A stretch of DNA of 64,000 nt from an uncultured Alphaproteobacteria bacterium (GTDB taxonomy: Bacteria > Pseudomonadota > Alphaproteobacteria > Rhizobiales > Xanthobacteraceae), in the NCBI GenBank assembly GCA_963738705.1, contig CAVTXS010000032.1, forward strand, positions 58,340 through 122,339, read 5' to 3'. The notes under the pieces were generated by a model that did no database searches, was not told where the DNA came from, and saw only the letters and a list, made by a program, of their open reading frames with translations. How positions within the stretch are numbered: position 1 is the first letter of the stretch; the number at the start of each line of letters is the position of its first letter. The position numbers and the translations under genes were made by a program. Positions 22,264 through 31,800 of the stretch are shown piece by piece.

Positions 22264-22535
22264 CCCAACTTGCGCAGGTTGGGGGCGTTTTTGGAAACTC
22301 ACAGGAAGCAGTGTGAATCGGATCAAGGGCTTATGTCGCCCACATGGCTGATTTAGACGTGTAGTGCCAACCTTGGGGATTGACGCGCATCGGTCGAGCA
22401 TGATTCTCGTGGACGAAGCGCGATCCGCGCCGGAAATCCTCGCCACCGCAGCAACCTTACAAAATTTGTAGTGCCAACTTTTCGTCTAACCCATTGATCG
22501 CATTGATTGCGACCCTCGATTCTGCGCAAGTTGGG
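22264..22535. mobile_element. MITE-like non-autonomous element (272 bp, 14-bp perfect TIRs, CTAA flanking direct repeat)
   Basis: cccaacttgcgcag (22264..22277) and its exact reverse complement (22522..22535). CTAA lies at 22260..22263 and 22536..22539. The interior is AT-richer and non-coding, with tgtagtgccaac twice. Confidence 0.5.
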
Positions 22536-22545
22536 CTAACTGCCG

Positions 22546-22890
22546 CTATCCGCGCAGGCGCCGCCACCAGGCGCGGATAGTGCCGGAGAGCACCAGCGCC
22601 GCGATCATCACCACGACCACCGGGATCCAGATCAGCACGAGGCCGAGCAGCGCCACCAACACGATGGCGGCGATCAGCCCGACGATCAGCAGCACCAGGA
22701 TGATGACGAACGGTCCCGGCGCCTTGAAGGTGGCGCGCCGCGTATTGCCGTGCTCGTCGACGTAGATGAACACGCCGCCGCCAGGAGGCTGCCCGCGGTA
22801 GCCGGGCGGAATGATCTCGGGCTCGGCGCGCGGCCGCTCCGGGGTCGGCTCGGCGCCTGGTCGGTGCGATGGGTCGCTCATGGCGGGCAT
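22546..22890 (-). CDS. hypothetical membrane protein (Pro-rich N-terminus, two TM segments)
   Basis: 114-aa ORF with FVIILVLLIVGLIAAIVLVALLGLVLIWIPVVVVMIAALVL. Confidence 0.5.
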   Translation of the reverse strand: MPAMSDPSHRPGAEPTPERPRAEPEIIPPGYRGQPPGGGVFIYVDEHGNTRRATFKAPGPFVIILVLLIVGLIAAIVLVALLGLVLIWIPVVVVMIAALVLSGTIRAWWRRLRG

Positions 22891-22995
22891 CTATTGTGGC
22901 GCCGGATGCCCCGCAAGCGCGGCGAAAGGCCGCTTGACGTGTACCGGTGACGTCCCTGCTCGACTTTACATGTAGGTACGGGTAAACCGTAGTGC

Positions 22996-23282
22996 GTGGT
23001 CGACGACACTTTCGACTGGGATGAGGTCAAGGCCGCCGAGAACTACGCCAAGCACGGCGTCAGCTTCGAGACGGCCCCCGGAGAGTCTTCGACGACGCGT
23101 TTGCCATCGAGCGGCTGGATGACCGCGAGGACTATGGCGAAGAACGTTTCATCATCCTCGGGATGGTCGATGGCCGCGTGCTGTTCGTTGTCTACACGCT
23201 GCGCGACGGGACCGTTCGCATAATCTCCGCGCGGGGAGCCGAACTTCATGAAAAACGCCAGTACCACGAAGACAACGCCTGA
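22996..23282 (+). pseudogene. brnT: BrnT-family (DUF497) toxin, apparent -1 frameshift in the C5 run at 23075..23079
   Basis: FDWDEVKAAENYAKHGVSFETA is in one frame and VFDDAFAIERLDDREDYGEERFIILGMVDGRVLFVVYTLRDGTVRIISARGA in another. Confidence 0.75.
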
Positions 23283-23613
23283 TAAGGCGAAGCCCTTGAA
23301 GACCAACTGGAGCCGCATCGATGCCATGACCGAAGCGCAACGCCATCAGGCCGCTCTCGACGATCCCGACGCCCAGCCGCTCTGCGAAGCAGACTTCGCC
23401 CGCATGACGCGCACGCCGCAAGTCAAGATCATCCGGCGCGCGCTGGGCTTGAGCCAGGAGGACTTTGCGGCACGTTATCACATCCCGATCGGCACCTTGC
23501 GCGATTGGGAGCAGGGGCGCGCCACGCCCGACCAGGCGGCGCGTGCCTACCTCACCGTGATCGCGCGCGACCCGGAGGCGGTGCGCCGGGCGCTCCAGTC
23601 GGGACCGGGGTAG
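23248..23613 (+). CDS. brnA: BrnA-like antitoxin (HTH XRE-type)
   Basis: 121 aa. It overlaps the brnT 3' end. Contains IRRALGLSQEDFAARYHIPIGTLRDWEQGRATPD. Confidence 0.75.
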   Translation: MKNASTTKTTPDKAKPLKTNWSRIDAMTEAQRHQAALDDPDAQPLCEADFARMTRTPQVKIIRRALGLSQEDFAARYHIPIGTLRDWEQGRATPDQAARAYLTVIARDPEAVRRALQSGPG

Positions 23614-23618
23614 AGCGC

Positions 23619-23789
23619 ATGAGTGTGCGTGACTACCCCTCGCACGAAGCTGTCGTGCTGAAGCGATACGATCGCCGCGTCGTCCGCCTGGAAGATTTTT
23701 CCGACGAGGAGATGGCGCTCATCGCCCAGAGGGAGGCGCCGGCCGAGGACGCTCGACGCGACGCCGAGCTGACAGACTGGAAACCGTGA
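23619..23789 (+). CDS. possible 56-aa hypothetical protein
   Basis: Internal ATG of track ORF 23505..23789 (MSVRDYPSHEAVVLKRYDRRVVRLEDFSDEEM...). No family recognised. Confidence 0.25.
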   Translation: MSVRDYPSHEAVVLKRYDRRVVRLEDFSDEEMALIAQREAPAEDARRDAELTDWKP

Positions 23790-23839
23790 GCTGAACTCGT
23801 TATCCCTTACGGCCATCGCACATACGTATCCCGCCTCTC

Positions 23840-23872
23840 ATGCCCGGCCTTGTGCAGCCTTGTGCCGGGCAT
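23840..23872. terminator. hairpin between convergent genes (half REP)
   Basis: atgcccggc..15 nt..gccgggcat is a 9-bp stem directly 3' of ispG. There is no T-run. Confidence 0.3.
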
Positions 23873-23882
23873 CGCGGGCCGT

Positions 23883-25154
23883 TTACTCCGCCGCCGTGCG
23901 GCTTGTCCCCGCCGTGCCATAGCGGCGCTCGATGTAGTCGATCACCAGCTTCTTGAAGTCGGCCGCGACCGTCGGCCCGCGCAAGGTGACCGCCTTCTTG
24001 CCGTCGATGAATACGGGCGCGGCCGGCTGCTCGCCGGTGCCGGGCAGCGAGATGCCGATGTCGGCATGCTTCGACTCGCCCGGTCCGTTGACGATGCAGC
24101 CCATCACCGCGACGTTGAGCGCCTCGACGCCCGGATACTGCGTCTTCCAGGCCGGCATCGAGTCGCGAATGAAATCCTGGATGTCGCGCGCCAGTTCCTG
24201 GAACGTGGTCGAGGTGGTGCGCCCGCAGCCCGGGCAGGCGGCGACCAGCGGCACGAAGGTGCGGAAGCCCATGGTCTGCAGCAGCTCCTGCGCGACCTTC
24301 ACTTCCACCGTGCGGTCGCCGCCGGGCTCGGGGGTGAGCGAGATGCGGATGGTGTCGCCGATGCCCTGCTGCAACAGGATGCTCAGCGCCGCCGACGAGG
24401 CGACGATGCCCTTCGAGCCCATGCCGGCCTCGGTGAGGCCGAGATGGATGGCGTAGTCGGAACGCCGGCCGAGCTCCATGTAAACGGCGATCAGATCCTG
24501 CACCGCCGAGACCTTGGCGGAGAGGATGATCTTGTCGCGCGGCAGGCCGATCTCCTCGGCGCGCTTGGCCGAGAGCAGCGCCGACTGCACCATCGCCTCG
24601 CGCGTCACCGCGCGCGCGTCGACCGGGGCGGGCGACTTCGCGTTCTCGTCCATCAGGTGGGTGAGCAGCTCCTGATCGAGCGAGCCCCAGTTGGCGCCGA
24701 TGCGCACCGGCTTGTCGTGCTTGATCGCGGTCTCGACGATGGCGCCGAATTGCCGGTCGCGCTTCTCGCGGAAGCCGACGTTGCCGGGGTTGATGCGATA
24801 CTTGTCGAGCGCCACGGCGCAGGCCGGATGTTCGGCCAAGAGCTTGTGGCCGATATAGTGGAAGTCGCCGACGATCGGCACGTCGACGTTCATCTTGAGC
24901 AGCCGCTCCTTGATGTGCGGCACGGCCGCGGCCGCCTCGTCGCGGTCGACCGTGATGCGCACGATCTCGGAGCCGGCGCGGGCGAGCGCCGCGACCTGCG
25001 CGGCGGTCCCGGCAACGTCCGCCGTATCGGTATTGGTCATCGACTGCACGACGACCGGCGCATTCCCGCCGACCGCCACGTGGCCGACCTTGACTGCAAC
25101 GGACGTGCGGCGCGGCTGCGGGGCGGCCATTTCGGCCATATTTCTCTCCGTCAT
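23883..25154 (-). CDS. ispG: 4-hydroxy-3-methylbut-2-en-1-yl diphosphate synthase (flavodoxin)
   Basis: 423 aa with [21 protein letters not shown] and the C-terminal Fe-S cysteines ACPGCGRT...GCIVNGPGE. Confidence 0.95.
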   Translation of the reverse strand: MTERNMAEMAAPQPRRTSVAVKVGHVAVGGNAPVVVQSMTNTDTADVAGTAAQVAALARAGSEIVRITVDRDEAAAAVPHIKERLLKMNVDVPIVGDFHYIGHKLLAEHPACAVALDKYRINPGNVGFREKRDRQFGAIVETAIKHDKPVRIGANWGSLDQELLTHLMDENAKSPAPVDARAVTREAMVQSALLSAKRAEEIGLPRDKIILSAKVSAVQDLIAVYMELGRRSDYAIHLGLTEAGMGSKGIVASSAALSILLQQGIGDTIRISLTPEPGGDRTVEVKVAQELLQTMGFRTFVPLVAACPGCGRTTSTTFQELARDIQDFIRDSMPAWKTQYPGVEALNVAVMGCIVNGPGESKHADIGISLPGTGEQPAAPVFIDGKKAVTLRGPTVAADFKKLVIDYIERRYGTAGTSRTAAE

Positions 25155-25214
25155 GGGCCAGCGAAGTGCCAGACCGTAGGGCAGGCGTCAACGCCCGGCC
25201 GTATCATGGCACCT

Positions 25215-26105
25215 TCAGCGCGGCCTGTTTACCAAGATAAGCCCTGCCGCCACCAATGCCACCGCGGCGGCAAAGGCCGGCGTAAGCGGCTCGCCCAGCA
25301 CCAGGCCCCCGGCCGCAACCCCGAACAACGGCGTCAGGAAGGTGAAAACCGAGAGGCGGCTGGCCGAATAGCGCACGATCAGCGCGAACCACAGCACGAA
25401 CGTTACGCTCACCACCCAGACGGTCTGGTAGGCGAGCGAGGCGAGCGGGACGAGCGACGGCATGGCCGTCATGCGCTCGCCGAAGAGCGCGGCGCCGAGC
25501 GCCAGCATCGGCGCCGACACGACCAGCTGATACAGCATGGTCTTCTCGGGCGAAACGCGCGCGAGCGCGCTCGCCTTGATCACCAGCGTGGTGGCGGCCC
25601 AGGCCGCCGCCGCCGCGACCATCATGATGTCGCCGGTGAGCTGGCGCGGGTCGGCGGCCGGCGTCGGCAGGCCGAAGGCCACGATCATCCCGACAAACGA
25701 CAGCGTGAGCCCGATCCATTGCGGCAGCCCGAAGCGGTCGGCGGGCAGGAACCAGCGGGCGCCGAGCACGACGAAGAATGGCGCCAGATAGATGAACAGC
25801 ACCGCGCGGCTCGCGGTCGTCCACAACAGGCCGCGATAGATGAGGAGGAACTCGGCCCCGAACAGCACCCCGGCGACGATCCCCGGCACCAGGGTGCGGT
25901 CGCGGTCGAGCAACGGGACGCCCTTGAGCCGCGCCCAGACCGCCACGATCAATGCTGCGCCGGCGGACCGGGTCGCCGCCTGGATCAGCGGCGGGATGTC
26001 GGGAATCGCAAGCTTCACCGCCACTTGGTTGAAGCCCCAGCTCAGGCACAACGCGACCGTCAGCAAGACCGCGAAGGCGTCGAGCGGGCGGGCGGAGGGG
26101 CTCAT
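25215..26105 (-). CDS. DMT (EamA) family transporter
   Basis: Start MSPSARPLDAFAVLL at 26105. The tracked N-terminal extension runs through a REP. Ten hydrophobic segments. Confidence 0.8.
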   Translation of the reverse strand: MSPSARPLDAFAVLLTVALCLSWGFNQVAVKLAIPDIPPLIQAATRSAGAALIVAVWARLKGVPLLDRDRTLVPGIVAGVLFGAEFLLIYRGLLWTTASRAVLFIYLAPFFVVLGARWFLPADRFGLPQWIGLTLSFVGMIVAFGLPTPAADPRQLTGDIMMVAAAAAWAATTLVIKASALARVSPEKTMLYQLVVSAPMLALGAALFGERMTAMPSLVPLASLAYQTVWVVSVTFVLWFALIVRYSASRLSVFTFLTPLFGVAAGGLVLGEPLTPAFAAAVALVAAGLILVNRPR

Positions 26106-26125
26106 TCCGGCATGGTGTCCTTGTT

Positions 26126-26256
26126 CGTCATGGCGGCTTGTCTCGGCCATCCACGTCTTTCTTGCTGTGACACGAGCGAAGCAAGACGTGAATGCCCGGC
26201 ACAAAGGTTCACGCCCGGGCCGGCCAAAGGCCGGACCCGGGTGCCGGGCATGACGG
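26126..26256. repeat. REP hairpin, family A (cgtcatg..ccacgtctt..aagacgtg..gggcatgacg)
   Basis: Compound palindrome between the EamA and zur genes. Same family as 34280, 37829, 39703 and 40968. Confidence 0.75.
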
Positions 26257-26275
26257 AGAAGAGGCGGACCTCAGG

Positions 26276-26770
26276 TCAGCTTGACGCGCGCTCGGCCGAC
26301 CGGCAGTGCGCGCACACGCCCGCGACCTCGACCACCGGCAGCTTCGGGGTGAAGCCGGCCTGCGCGGCCGCCGCCTGCAACGTCTGCGTCACCGCCGCGG
26401 ACGATGCCTCCCCCACGACGCCGCAGCGCTCGCAGATCAGGAACACGACGTTCTCGCTCGCGGGATGATTGCGGATACAGGCGATGAAGGCGTTGCGGCT
26501 GGCGATGCGGTGGACGAGGCCGTTCTCCAGCAGGAAGTCGAGCGCGCGATAGACCGTGATCGGTGCCGGTCGCGGGCCGCCTTCGGCCAGCCGGTCCATG
26601 ATCTCGTAGGCGCCCAGCGGCCGATGCCCGGAGACCAGCACCGACAGGACCTTGCGCCGGATCGGCGTAAGGCGCAGCGCATGCGTCGCGCACCAGACTT
26701 CGGCCTCGGCCAGCACGTCCGCCTCGCAGCGTGCATGGTCGTGGTCGGGCGCATGAAAAACCGGCGTCAT
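26276..26770 (-). CDS. zur: Fur-family zinc uptake regulator
   Basis: [16 protein letters not shown]...[38 protein letters not shown]. The start is taken at 26770. Confidence 0.8.
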   Translation of the reverse strand: MTPVFHAPDHDHARCEADVLAEAEVWCATHALRLTPIRRKVLSVLVSGHRPLGAYEIMDRLAEGGPRPAPITVYRALDFLLENGLVHRIASRNAFIACIRNHPASENVVFLICERCGVVGEASSAAVTQTLQAAAAQAGFTPKLPVVEVAGVCAHCRSAERASS

Positions 26771-26907
26771 GCTCAAGGTCTCGCAGGCTCGGCGCCCCCC
26801 GTCAAATGGCGGCCGCCGCAACATATGGGGGCGCCGGGGACGTGCGGGGAGGGCCGCCGGTACGGGGTCGCCGGGCGAAAGGCGACGCCCGCTGCTATAG
26901 TGCGACC

Positions 26908-27468
26908 ATGTCCGGCGACGCCTCTCCCCGGTGGACCGTTCAACTCGACGCCACGCGGCTCGATATCGTGGTCGCGGACATCACCACGCTCGCGGTCGAC
27001 GCGATCGTGAACGCCGCCAACCGCAAACTGCTTGGCGGCGGCGGCGTCGACGGCGCCATCCACCGCGCCGCCGGGCCGGATCTGCTGGCGGAGTGCCGCA
27101 CGCTGGGCGGCTGCGAAACCGGATCGGCCAAGATCACCAAGGGCTACCGGCTTCCCGCCAAGCACGTCATCCACGCGGTCGGCCCGGTGTGGAGCGGCGA
27201 GAATGCCGACGAGGATCTCCTGCTCGCGTCCTGCTACACGACGGCGCTGCAGCTGGCGGCCGATCACGGGCTGACCTCGATCGCGTTTCCGGCGATCTCG
27301 ACCGGCGTGTACGCGTTCCCGCCGGATCGCGCCGCGCGCGTCGCGGTCGGCGCGGTCGTGTCGGACCTCTCGGCGCACGCGCGCGGGCTCACGCGCGCGG
27401 TGTTCTGCTGCTTCTCGGAGGCGTCGGCCCAGCATCACGCCGACGCGTTGGCCGAGCTCGGGCTGTAA
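26908..27468 (+). CDS. macro-domain protein (O-acetyl-ADP-ribose deacetylase, YmdB-like)
   Basis: [31 protein letters not shown]..., [10 protein letters not shown]. Confidence 0.85.
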   Translation: MSGDASPRWTVQLDATRLDIVVADITTLAVDAIVNAANRKLLGGGGVDGAIHRAAGPDLLAECRTLGGCETGSAKITKGYRLPAKHVIHAVGPVWSGENADEDLLLASCYTTALQLAADHGLTSIAFPAISTGVYAFPPDRAARVAVGAVVSDLSAHARGLTRAVFCCFSEASAQHHADALAELGL

Positions 27469-27507
27469 TCCCTCCCCCGCAAGACGGAGAGGGATGAAGA
27501 GGCGCGG

Positions 27508-28449
27508 TCAAGGCTTGCCAAGCATGCTCTCTGCCAGGACTGCGCAACCCAGCAGACCCGGCTCCTCCAATGTGATCAGGGTGGTCGGGATCGGCCGCAG
27601 CAGCTTCTCGTACGGCGGGTGCGCCTCGAACGCGGCGCGAAACGCGTGGGCGTCGAGCGCGGCGCCGATGCGCTGCGCCACGCCGCCGGCCACATAGACC
27701 CCGCCGAGCGCCTTGAACATGAGAGCGAGGTCGCCCGCGAACCGGCCGAGCAGCCTCACGAACAGCGCGACGGTTTCGCTCTCCGCTTCCTCGCCCTCCT
27801 TGGCGTATTTGACGATGGCCTCGGTGGTCAGCCTTTTCTTCGGCCCATGCACGGCCCGGTGCAGCCGCTCGAGTCCCGGGCCCGACAGCACGCATTCGGC
27901 CGACACCGCCCCGCACTCGGCTCGCAGCCGCGCGAAGATCGGCTCCTCCTCGTTCGAAGCGGCGCCGAACGCCGCGTGACCGCCTTCGGTGGCGACCGCA
28001 CACCAGCCGTGCTCGGTGTGCACCAGTGCCGCCACGCCCAGGCCGGTGCCTGGACCGAACACGACCTTGGTCCCCGGATGCGATTCTTTGGCGGAACCCA
28101 GCGGCCGCATATCGGCGGGAGCAAGGCGGAGCAGGCTCCACGCCGCCGCTTCGAAATCGTTGACCGCGCGGATGTGCGAGAGCCGAAAGCGTTTCGCCAG
28201 ATCGCTGAGCCGAAAGCGCCAGTCCCGGTTGGTCATGGCAATGGCGTCGCCGTCGACCGGCGCCGCGACGGCCAGGACCGCGGCGGACGGCTTGATTTTC
28301 ATCAGCTGCAGATAGCGCGCGATCGCCGCCTCGACGCTTTCGACGCCGTCATCCGCAAACGAAATGATCCGGTCCGGCCGCCCGTCAGCGCCGACAAAAG
28401 CGAAGCGGCTGTTGGTCGCACCGATATCGGCGATCAGCACTTCGGACAT
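27508..28449 (-). CDS. glk: glucokinase
   Basis: MSEVLIADIGATNSRFAF start at 28449. Also contains VFGPGTGLGVA and GGVYVAGGV. Confidence 0.88.
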   Translation of the reverse strand: MSEVLIADIGATNSRFAFVGADGRPDRIISFADDGVESVEAAIARYLQLMKIKPSAAVLAVAAPVDGDAIAMTNRDWRFRLSDLAKRFRLSHIRAVNDFEAAAWSLLRLAPADMRPLGSAKESHPGTKVVFGPGTGLGVAALVHTEHGWCAVATEGGHAAFGAASNEEEPIFARLRAECGAVSAECVLSGPGLERLHRAVHGPKKRLTTEAIVKYAKEGEEAESETVALFVRLLGRFAGDLALMFKALGGVYVAGGVAQRIGAALDAHAFRAAFEAHPPYEKLLRPIPTTLITLEEPGLLGCAVLAESMLGKP

Positions 28450-28518
28450 GAACGGTTCACGCAAAACGATCTCAACGCCGATGATCAACGCTCTCGACGC
28501 GGCTGAGGTCCCGGACCA

Positions 28519-29316
28519 TCACGCTCTCGGATCGGCGTCGAGGCGGGCCACCCAGCCTTCCAGTCCCGGCTTGGCGGCCGGGTAGCGTTCGAGCACCAGC
28601 GGATCGTGGCCCGGTATGACGCGGTCGGGCGAGCCGGCAAGCCGCTTGAGCGTCTCGTAGCCTTCGAGCACCTCGCCGACATTGTAGGTGATCGGAAACA
28701 CCCGTCCCTGTTCGAAATGGGCGTAAAGGTGGGTCGCATCGGACGCCACCATGACCGGCCCGCGCCGGGTGTTGACCCGCACGCTCTGCAGGCCGCGTGA
28801 ATGGCCGCCGATCTTGTGCACCGTGATTCCGGAGGCGACCTCGTCGCTCCCGTCATGGAACGTCACGCGGCCGGCAAACACCTTGCGCACCAAGGCGATC
28901 ACGTCATCCGGCTCGAACGGCTTGCGCAATTCCGCATGGCACATGCAGCGGCCGGTCGCATACGCCATCTCGCAATCCTGCAGATGATAGCTGGCGCGCG
29001 GGAACAGATCGTAATTGCCGCTGTGGTCGTAATGCAGGTGCGTGATGATGACGCTCTCGACGCTCTCCGGCGCAATGCCGATCGCCTTCAGTCCCTCGGC
29101 GACCGGCTTGGTGATCTGGCGATCGCGCTTGACCCCCATCGCCTCGTCGAAACCGGTGTCGACGATCGTGGTGCCGCCCTTGCCGACGATCGCCCAGACG
29201 AAAAAGTCGAGCGGCTGCGGCCCGTCATGCGGATCGCCGCCGAGAAAGTTGGCAGACGCCAGCCGTTCGTGGCGGCCGTATTTGATCGCATATATTTCAT
29301 GCACGTCGTCGCTCAC
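28519..29316 (-). CDS. MBL-fold hydrolase (N-acyl homoserine lactonase-like)
   Basis: 265 aa with an HLHYDHSGN (HxHxDH) metal motif. GTG start. Confidence 0.8.
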   Translation of the reverse strand: MSDDVHEIYAIKYGRHERLASANFLGGDPHDGPQPLDFFVWAIVGKGGTTIVDTGFDEAMGVKRDRQITKPVAEGLKAIGIAPESVESVIITHLHYDHSGNYDLFPRASYHLQDCEMAYATGRCMCHAELRKPFEPDDVIALVRKVFAGRVTFHDGSDEVASGITVHKIGGHSRGLQSVRVNTRRGPVMVASDATHLYAHFEQGRVFPITYNVGEVLEGYETLKRLAGSPDRVIPGHDPLVLERYPAAKPGLEGWVARLDADPRA

Positions 29317-29375
29317 GAGCGGCCCCCATCGGTTTCGCGTTCTGTGAAAGTTCGGTCGGCGTCTGGCGGGGGCGC

Positions 29376-29756
29376 TTAAGTCTTGGCGTCCTCGGCGAAC
29401 ACTTCGCGCGCGATGCGAAACGAATCGACCGCCGCCGGCACGCCGCCGTAGATTGCGACCTGCATCAGGATTTCGCGGATCTCGTCCTTGCTCACGCCGT
29501 TGCGCAACGCGCCCCGCAGATGCAGCTTCAGCTCATGCGGCCGATTCAAGATGCTGATCATGGCGATGTTGAGCATGCTGCGCGTTTTGCGGGGCAATTC
29601 CTCGCGCCCCCAGACTGCACCCCAGCAATATTCCGTCACCATTTCCTGAAACGGCTTGTTGAACGCGTCGGCCGTGCGCAGCGAATTTTCCACATACTCC
29701 TTGCCGAGCACCGCACTGCGAACTTCCAGGCCCTTTTCGTACGTCTTCTGGTCCAT
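29376..29756 (-). CDS. pcaC: 4-carboxymuconolactone decarboxylase (CMD family)
   Basis: MDQKTYEKGLEVRSAVLG...EYCWGAVWGR..LPRKTRSMLNIAM. GAGGA lies 8 nt upstream of the ATG at 29756. Confidence 0.8.
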   Translation of the reverse strand: MDQKTYEKGLEVRSAVLGKEYVENSLRTADAFNKPFQEMVTEYCWGAVWGREELPRKTRSMLNIAMISILNRPHELKLHLRGALRNGVSKDEIREILMQVAIYGGVPAAVDSFRIAREVFAEDAKT

Positions 29757-29775
29757 GGTCCTCATCCTCGCGTGA

Positions 29776-30939
29776 TCAATCAGCCGCAGCAGCGCTCCGT
29801 GCCGCAGCACCCAGGAACTCTTGCCGCACCATGTCGGTGTGCTCGCCAAGCGAGGGCACGCGCCCGTAGCTGCGGGTCTCGCCGGCCCACACCATGGCCG
29901 GCGCCGAATAGGACGCCGGTCCGGTCGGCGTGTCGACCGATATCCGCCGCAGATGCGGGTGCTGCGCGAGCCCGGCGACGTCGTTGACCAGCGCGAAGGC
30001 GATGTCGGCCGCCTCGAGCTTTGCGATCAGCGTCCGAGCGTCAGTCGCGGAAAATACCCGCGCGACCCGCTCATCGGTCTCGGACCGGCGCGCGGTGCGC
30101 TGAGGGACAGTGGCAAAATCCGGATCGGCGGCCAGCCGCGGATCGTCGAGCACGCGCTCCGCAAGAAGGCGCCACTCGCGGTCGTTCTGGATGGAGATCA
30201 GAATGTCGGTGCCTTCCTGGGTCTTGAACACCCCGTACGGCGCGATCGAGGTATGCGTCAGGCCGAGACGCCGCGGCGGCTGTCCGCCTTCCTGCAGCAT
30301 CAGCGCGATCGCCATCCAGTCGGCCATCGAGTCGAACAGCGAGATGCTGATGGCGGCGCCTTGACCGGTGCGCCGGCGTGCGAGCAAGGCCTCCAGGACG
30401 GCTGCGTGCGCATTCATGCCGGAGCCGACGTCGCAAACCGAGACGCCGACGCGCGCCGGCGCCTCCGGTCCGCCGGTGATCGAGGCGAGGCCCACCTCGG
30501 CCTGGATCAGGAGATCGTAGGCCTTGCGGTGGGCATAAGGGCCGCTCTCGCCGTAGCCGGAGATCGAGCAGACGATCAGGCGCGGATAGTCGCGCCGCAG
30601 CCGCTCGACCGCGAAGCCGAGCTTGGCGACGGCCCCGGGCTTCAGGTTCTGCACGAACACGTCGGCCTTGGCGAGCAGGGCTTCCAGCAGCGCCTTGTCC
30701 GCGTCCTTGCCGAGGTCGAGCACCACGGACTCCTTGCCGCGGTTGAGCCAGACGAAGTGCGCGCTCTCGCCGTGCACGACGCCGTCGTAGTGGCGGGCGA
30801 AATCCCCTTCCGGCCGCTCGATCTTGATCACGCGCGCGCCCGCGTCGGCCAGCCGGCAGGTGCAGGTCGGCGCCGCCACCGCCTGCTCGAGCGAGACGAC
30901 CAGCAACCCTTCCAACGGCAGCTTGGACGCGGCGCTCAT
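29776..30939 (-). CDS. family III (CaiB/BaiF) CoA-transferase
   Basis: MSAASKLPLEGLLVVSLEQAVAAPTCTCRLADAGARVIKIERPEGD. The start overlaps the MaoC stop (ATGA). Confidence 0.85.
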   Translation of the reverse strand: MSAASKLPLEGLLVVSLEQAVAAPTCTCRLADAGARVIKIERPEGDFARHYDGVVHGESAHFVWLNRGKESVVLDLGKDADKALLEALLAKADVFVQNLKPGAVAKLGFAVERLRRDYPRLIVCSISGYGESGPYAHRKAYDLLIQAEVGLASITGGPEAPARVGVSVCDVGSGMNAHAAVLEALLARRRTGQGAAISISLFDSMADWMAIALMLQEGGQPPRRLGLTHTSIAPYGVFKTQEGTDILISIQNDREWRLLAERVLDDPRLAADPDFATVPQRTARRSETDERVARVFSATDARTLIAKLEAADIAFALVNDVAGLAQHPHLRRISVDTPTGPASYSAPAMVWAGETRSYGRVPSLGEHTDMVRQEFLGAAARSAAAAD

Positions 30940-31796
30940 GCGGCGATCTCGGCGCGGCCGTTGGAGATCGCCGTCACGTCGCGTTCGGCGATGCGAGCGC
31001 GATAGCTCACGGCTGCGCCGTCGACCCACATTTCGGTGCGGATGGTCTCGCCCGGATAGACCGGCGCCGAGAAGCGGCCCTCCATGGCGATCAGCTTGCG
31101 CGGATCGTAGCCGCACAGCGTCTGCAACAGCGCGCGACCCGCGATGCCGAAGGTCGCGAGACCGTGCAGGATCGGCCGCGGGAAGCCGGCCGCCTTGGCG
31201 TGCGCCGGATCGGAATGCAGCGGATTGTAGTCGCCGCTGAGCCGGTAGATCAGCGCGATCTCCGGCCGCGTCGAGAGATCGCAGACCGCGTCCGGCGCGC
31301 GCGCCGGCGGCGCCTGTGGTGGCGGGCTCGCGCGCATTGGCCCACCGAAGCCGCCGTCGCCGCGGCAGAACGTCGTGTGGGTCAGCGTCGCGATGCGCTC
31401 GCCGGTCGCCTTGTCGGTCAGGGTGCGTTCGGTCGCCAGCACCGCGCCCTTGCCGGCGCCCTTGTCGATGACGTCGGTGATGCGCGGCTTGCCGACCACG
31501 GTTGCGGCCGCCGGCAACGGGCGGTGCAGGCGAAAGCTCTGCTCGCCGTGCACGACCTTGTGCCAGTCGATGCCGACACTGGCTTCGCGCATCGCCCGGC
31601 CCGACGGCGCGAGCACGCACGCCATGGTCGGCAGCGCCTGCAAATCCTTCTCGTATACGAAGCCGAGCTCGGTCTCGTTCATCGGGTCTTGCCCGAACCC
31701 GAGGCCGAGGGCGTACAGAATCGTGTCTTTCGCCGCGTAGCTGTGCTCGATGTGCGGGAGCTCGAGCGCCATCAAGCGATCATAGTCGATCGCCAT
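30936..31796 (-). CDS. MaoC-family (double hot-dog) enoyl-CoA hydratase/dehydratase
   Basis: 286 aa with YRLSGDYNPLHSDPAHAKAAGFPRPILHG. Confidence 0.8.
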   Translation of the reverse strand: MAIDYDRLMALELPHIEHSYAAKDTILYALGLGFGQDPMNETELGFVYEKDLQALPTMACVLAPSGRAMREASVGIDWHKVVHGEQSFRLHRPLPAAATVVGKPRITDVIDKGAGKGAVLATERTLTDKATGERIATLTHTTFCRGDGGFGGPMRASPPPQAPPARAPDAVCDLSTRPEIALIYRLSGDYNPLHSDPAHAKAAGFPRPILHGLATFGIAGRALLQTLCGYDPRKLIAMEGRFSAPVYPGETIRTEMWVDGAAVSYRARIAERDVTAISNGRAEIAA

Positions 31797-31800
31797 GCGT

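Noticed and set aside
22264-22292. A Rho-independent terminator after the toxin gene (cccaac-ttgcgcag-gttggg followed by ggcgttttt).
   Set aside because: It is not listed as a separate feature because the 5' stem arm and the loop (cccaac-ttgcgcag) are the left TIR of the MITE-like element. It may still function as a terminator, and this is noted in the MITE finding.
22135-22446. A 103-aa minus-strand ORF across the MITE-like region.
   Set aside because: Its C-terminal part overlaps the mazF-family toxin gene in antisense, it has no recognisable family, and it runs through the TIR. It is treated as spurious.
23850-26468. Very long ORFs on the track (872 aa at 23850..26468 +, 626 aa at 6538..8418 +, 739 aa at 37659..39878 +, 509 aa at 1023..2552 -, 492 aa at 61651..63129 -, and many others).
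   Set aside because: They lie antisense to, or out of frame with, strongly supported genes (ispG/EamA, MCP/MFS, permease, DSD1 enzyme, IS110 transposase). Their compositions are Arg/Ala/Gly/Pro-rich and low-complexity, typical of shadow ORFs in high-GC DNA.
26908-27468. The macro-domain protein as a DarG-type antitoxin of a DarTG system.
   Set aside because: It is a stand-alone 186-aa YmdB-like macro domain with no adjacent DarT-like gene and no C-terminal DarT-binding extension.
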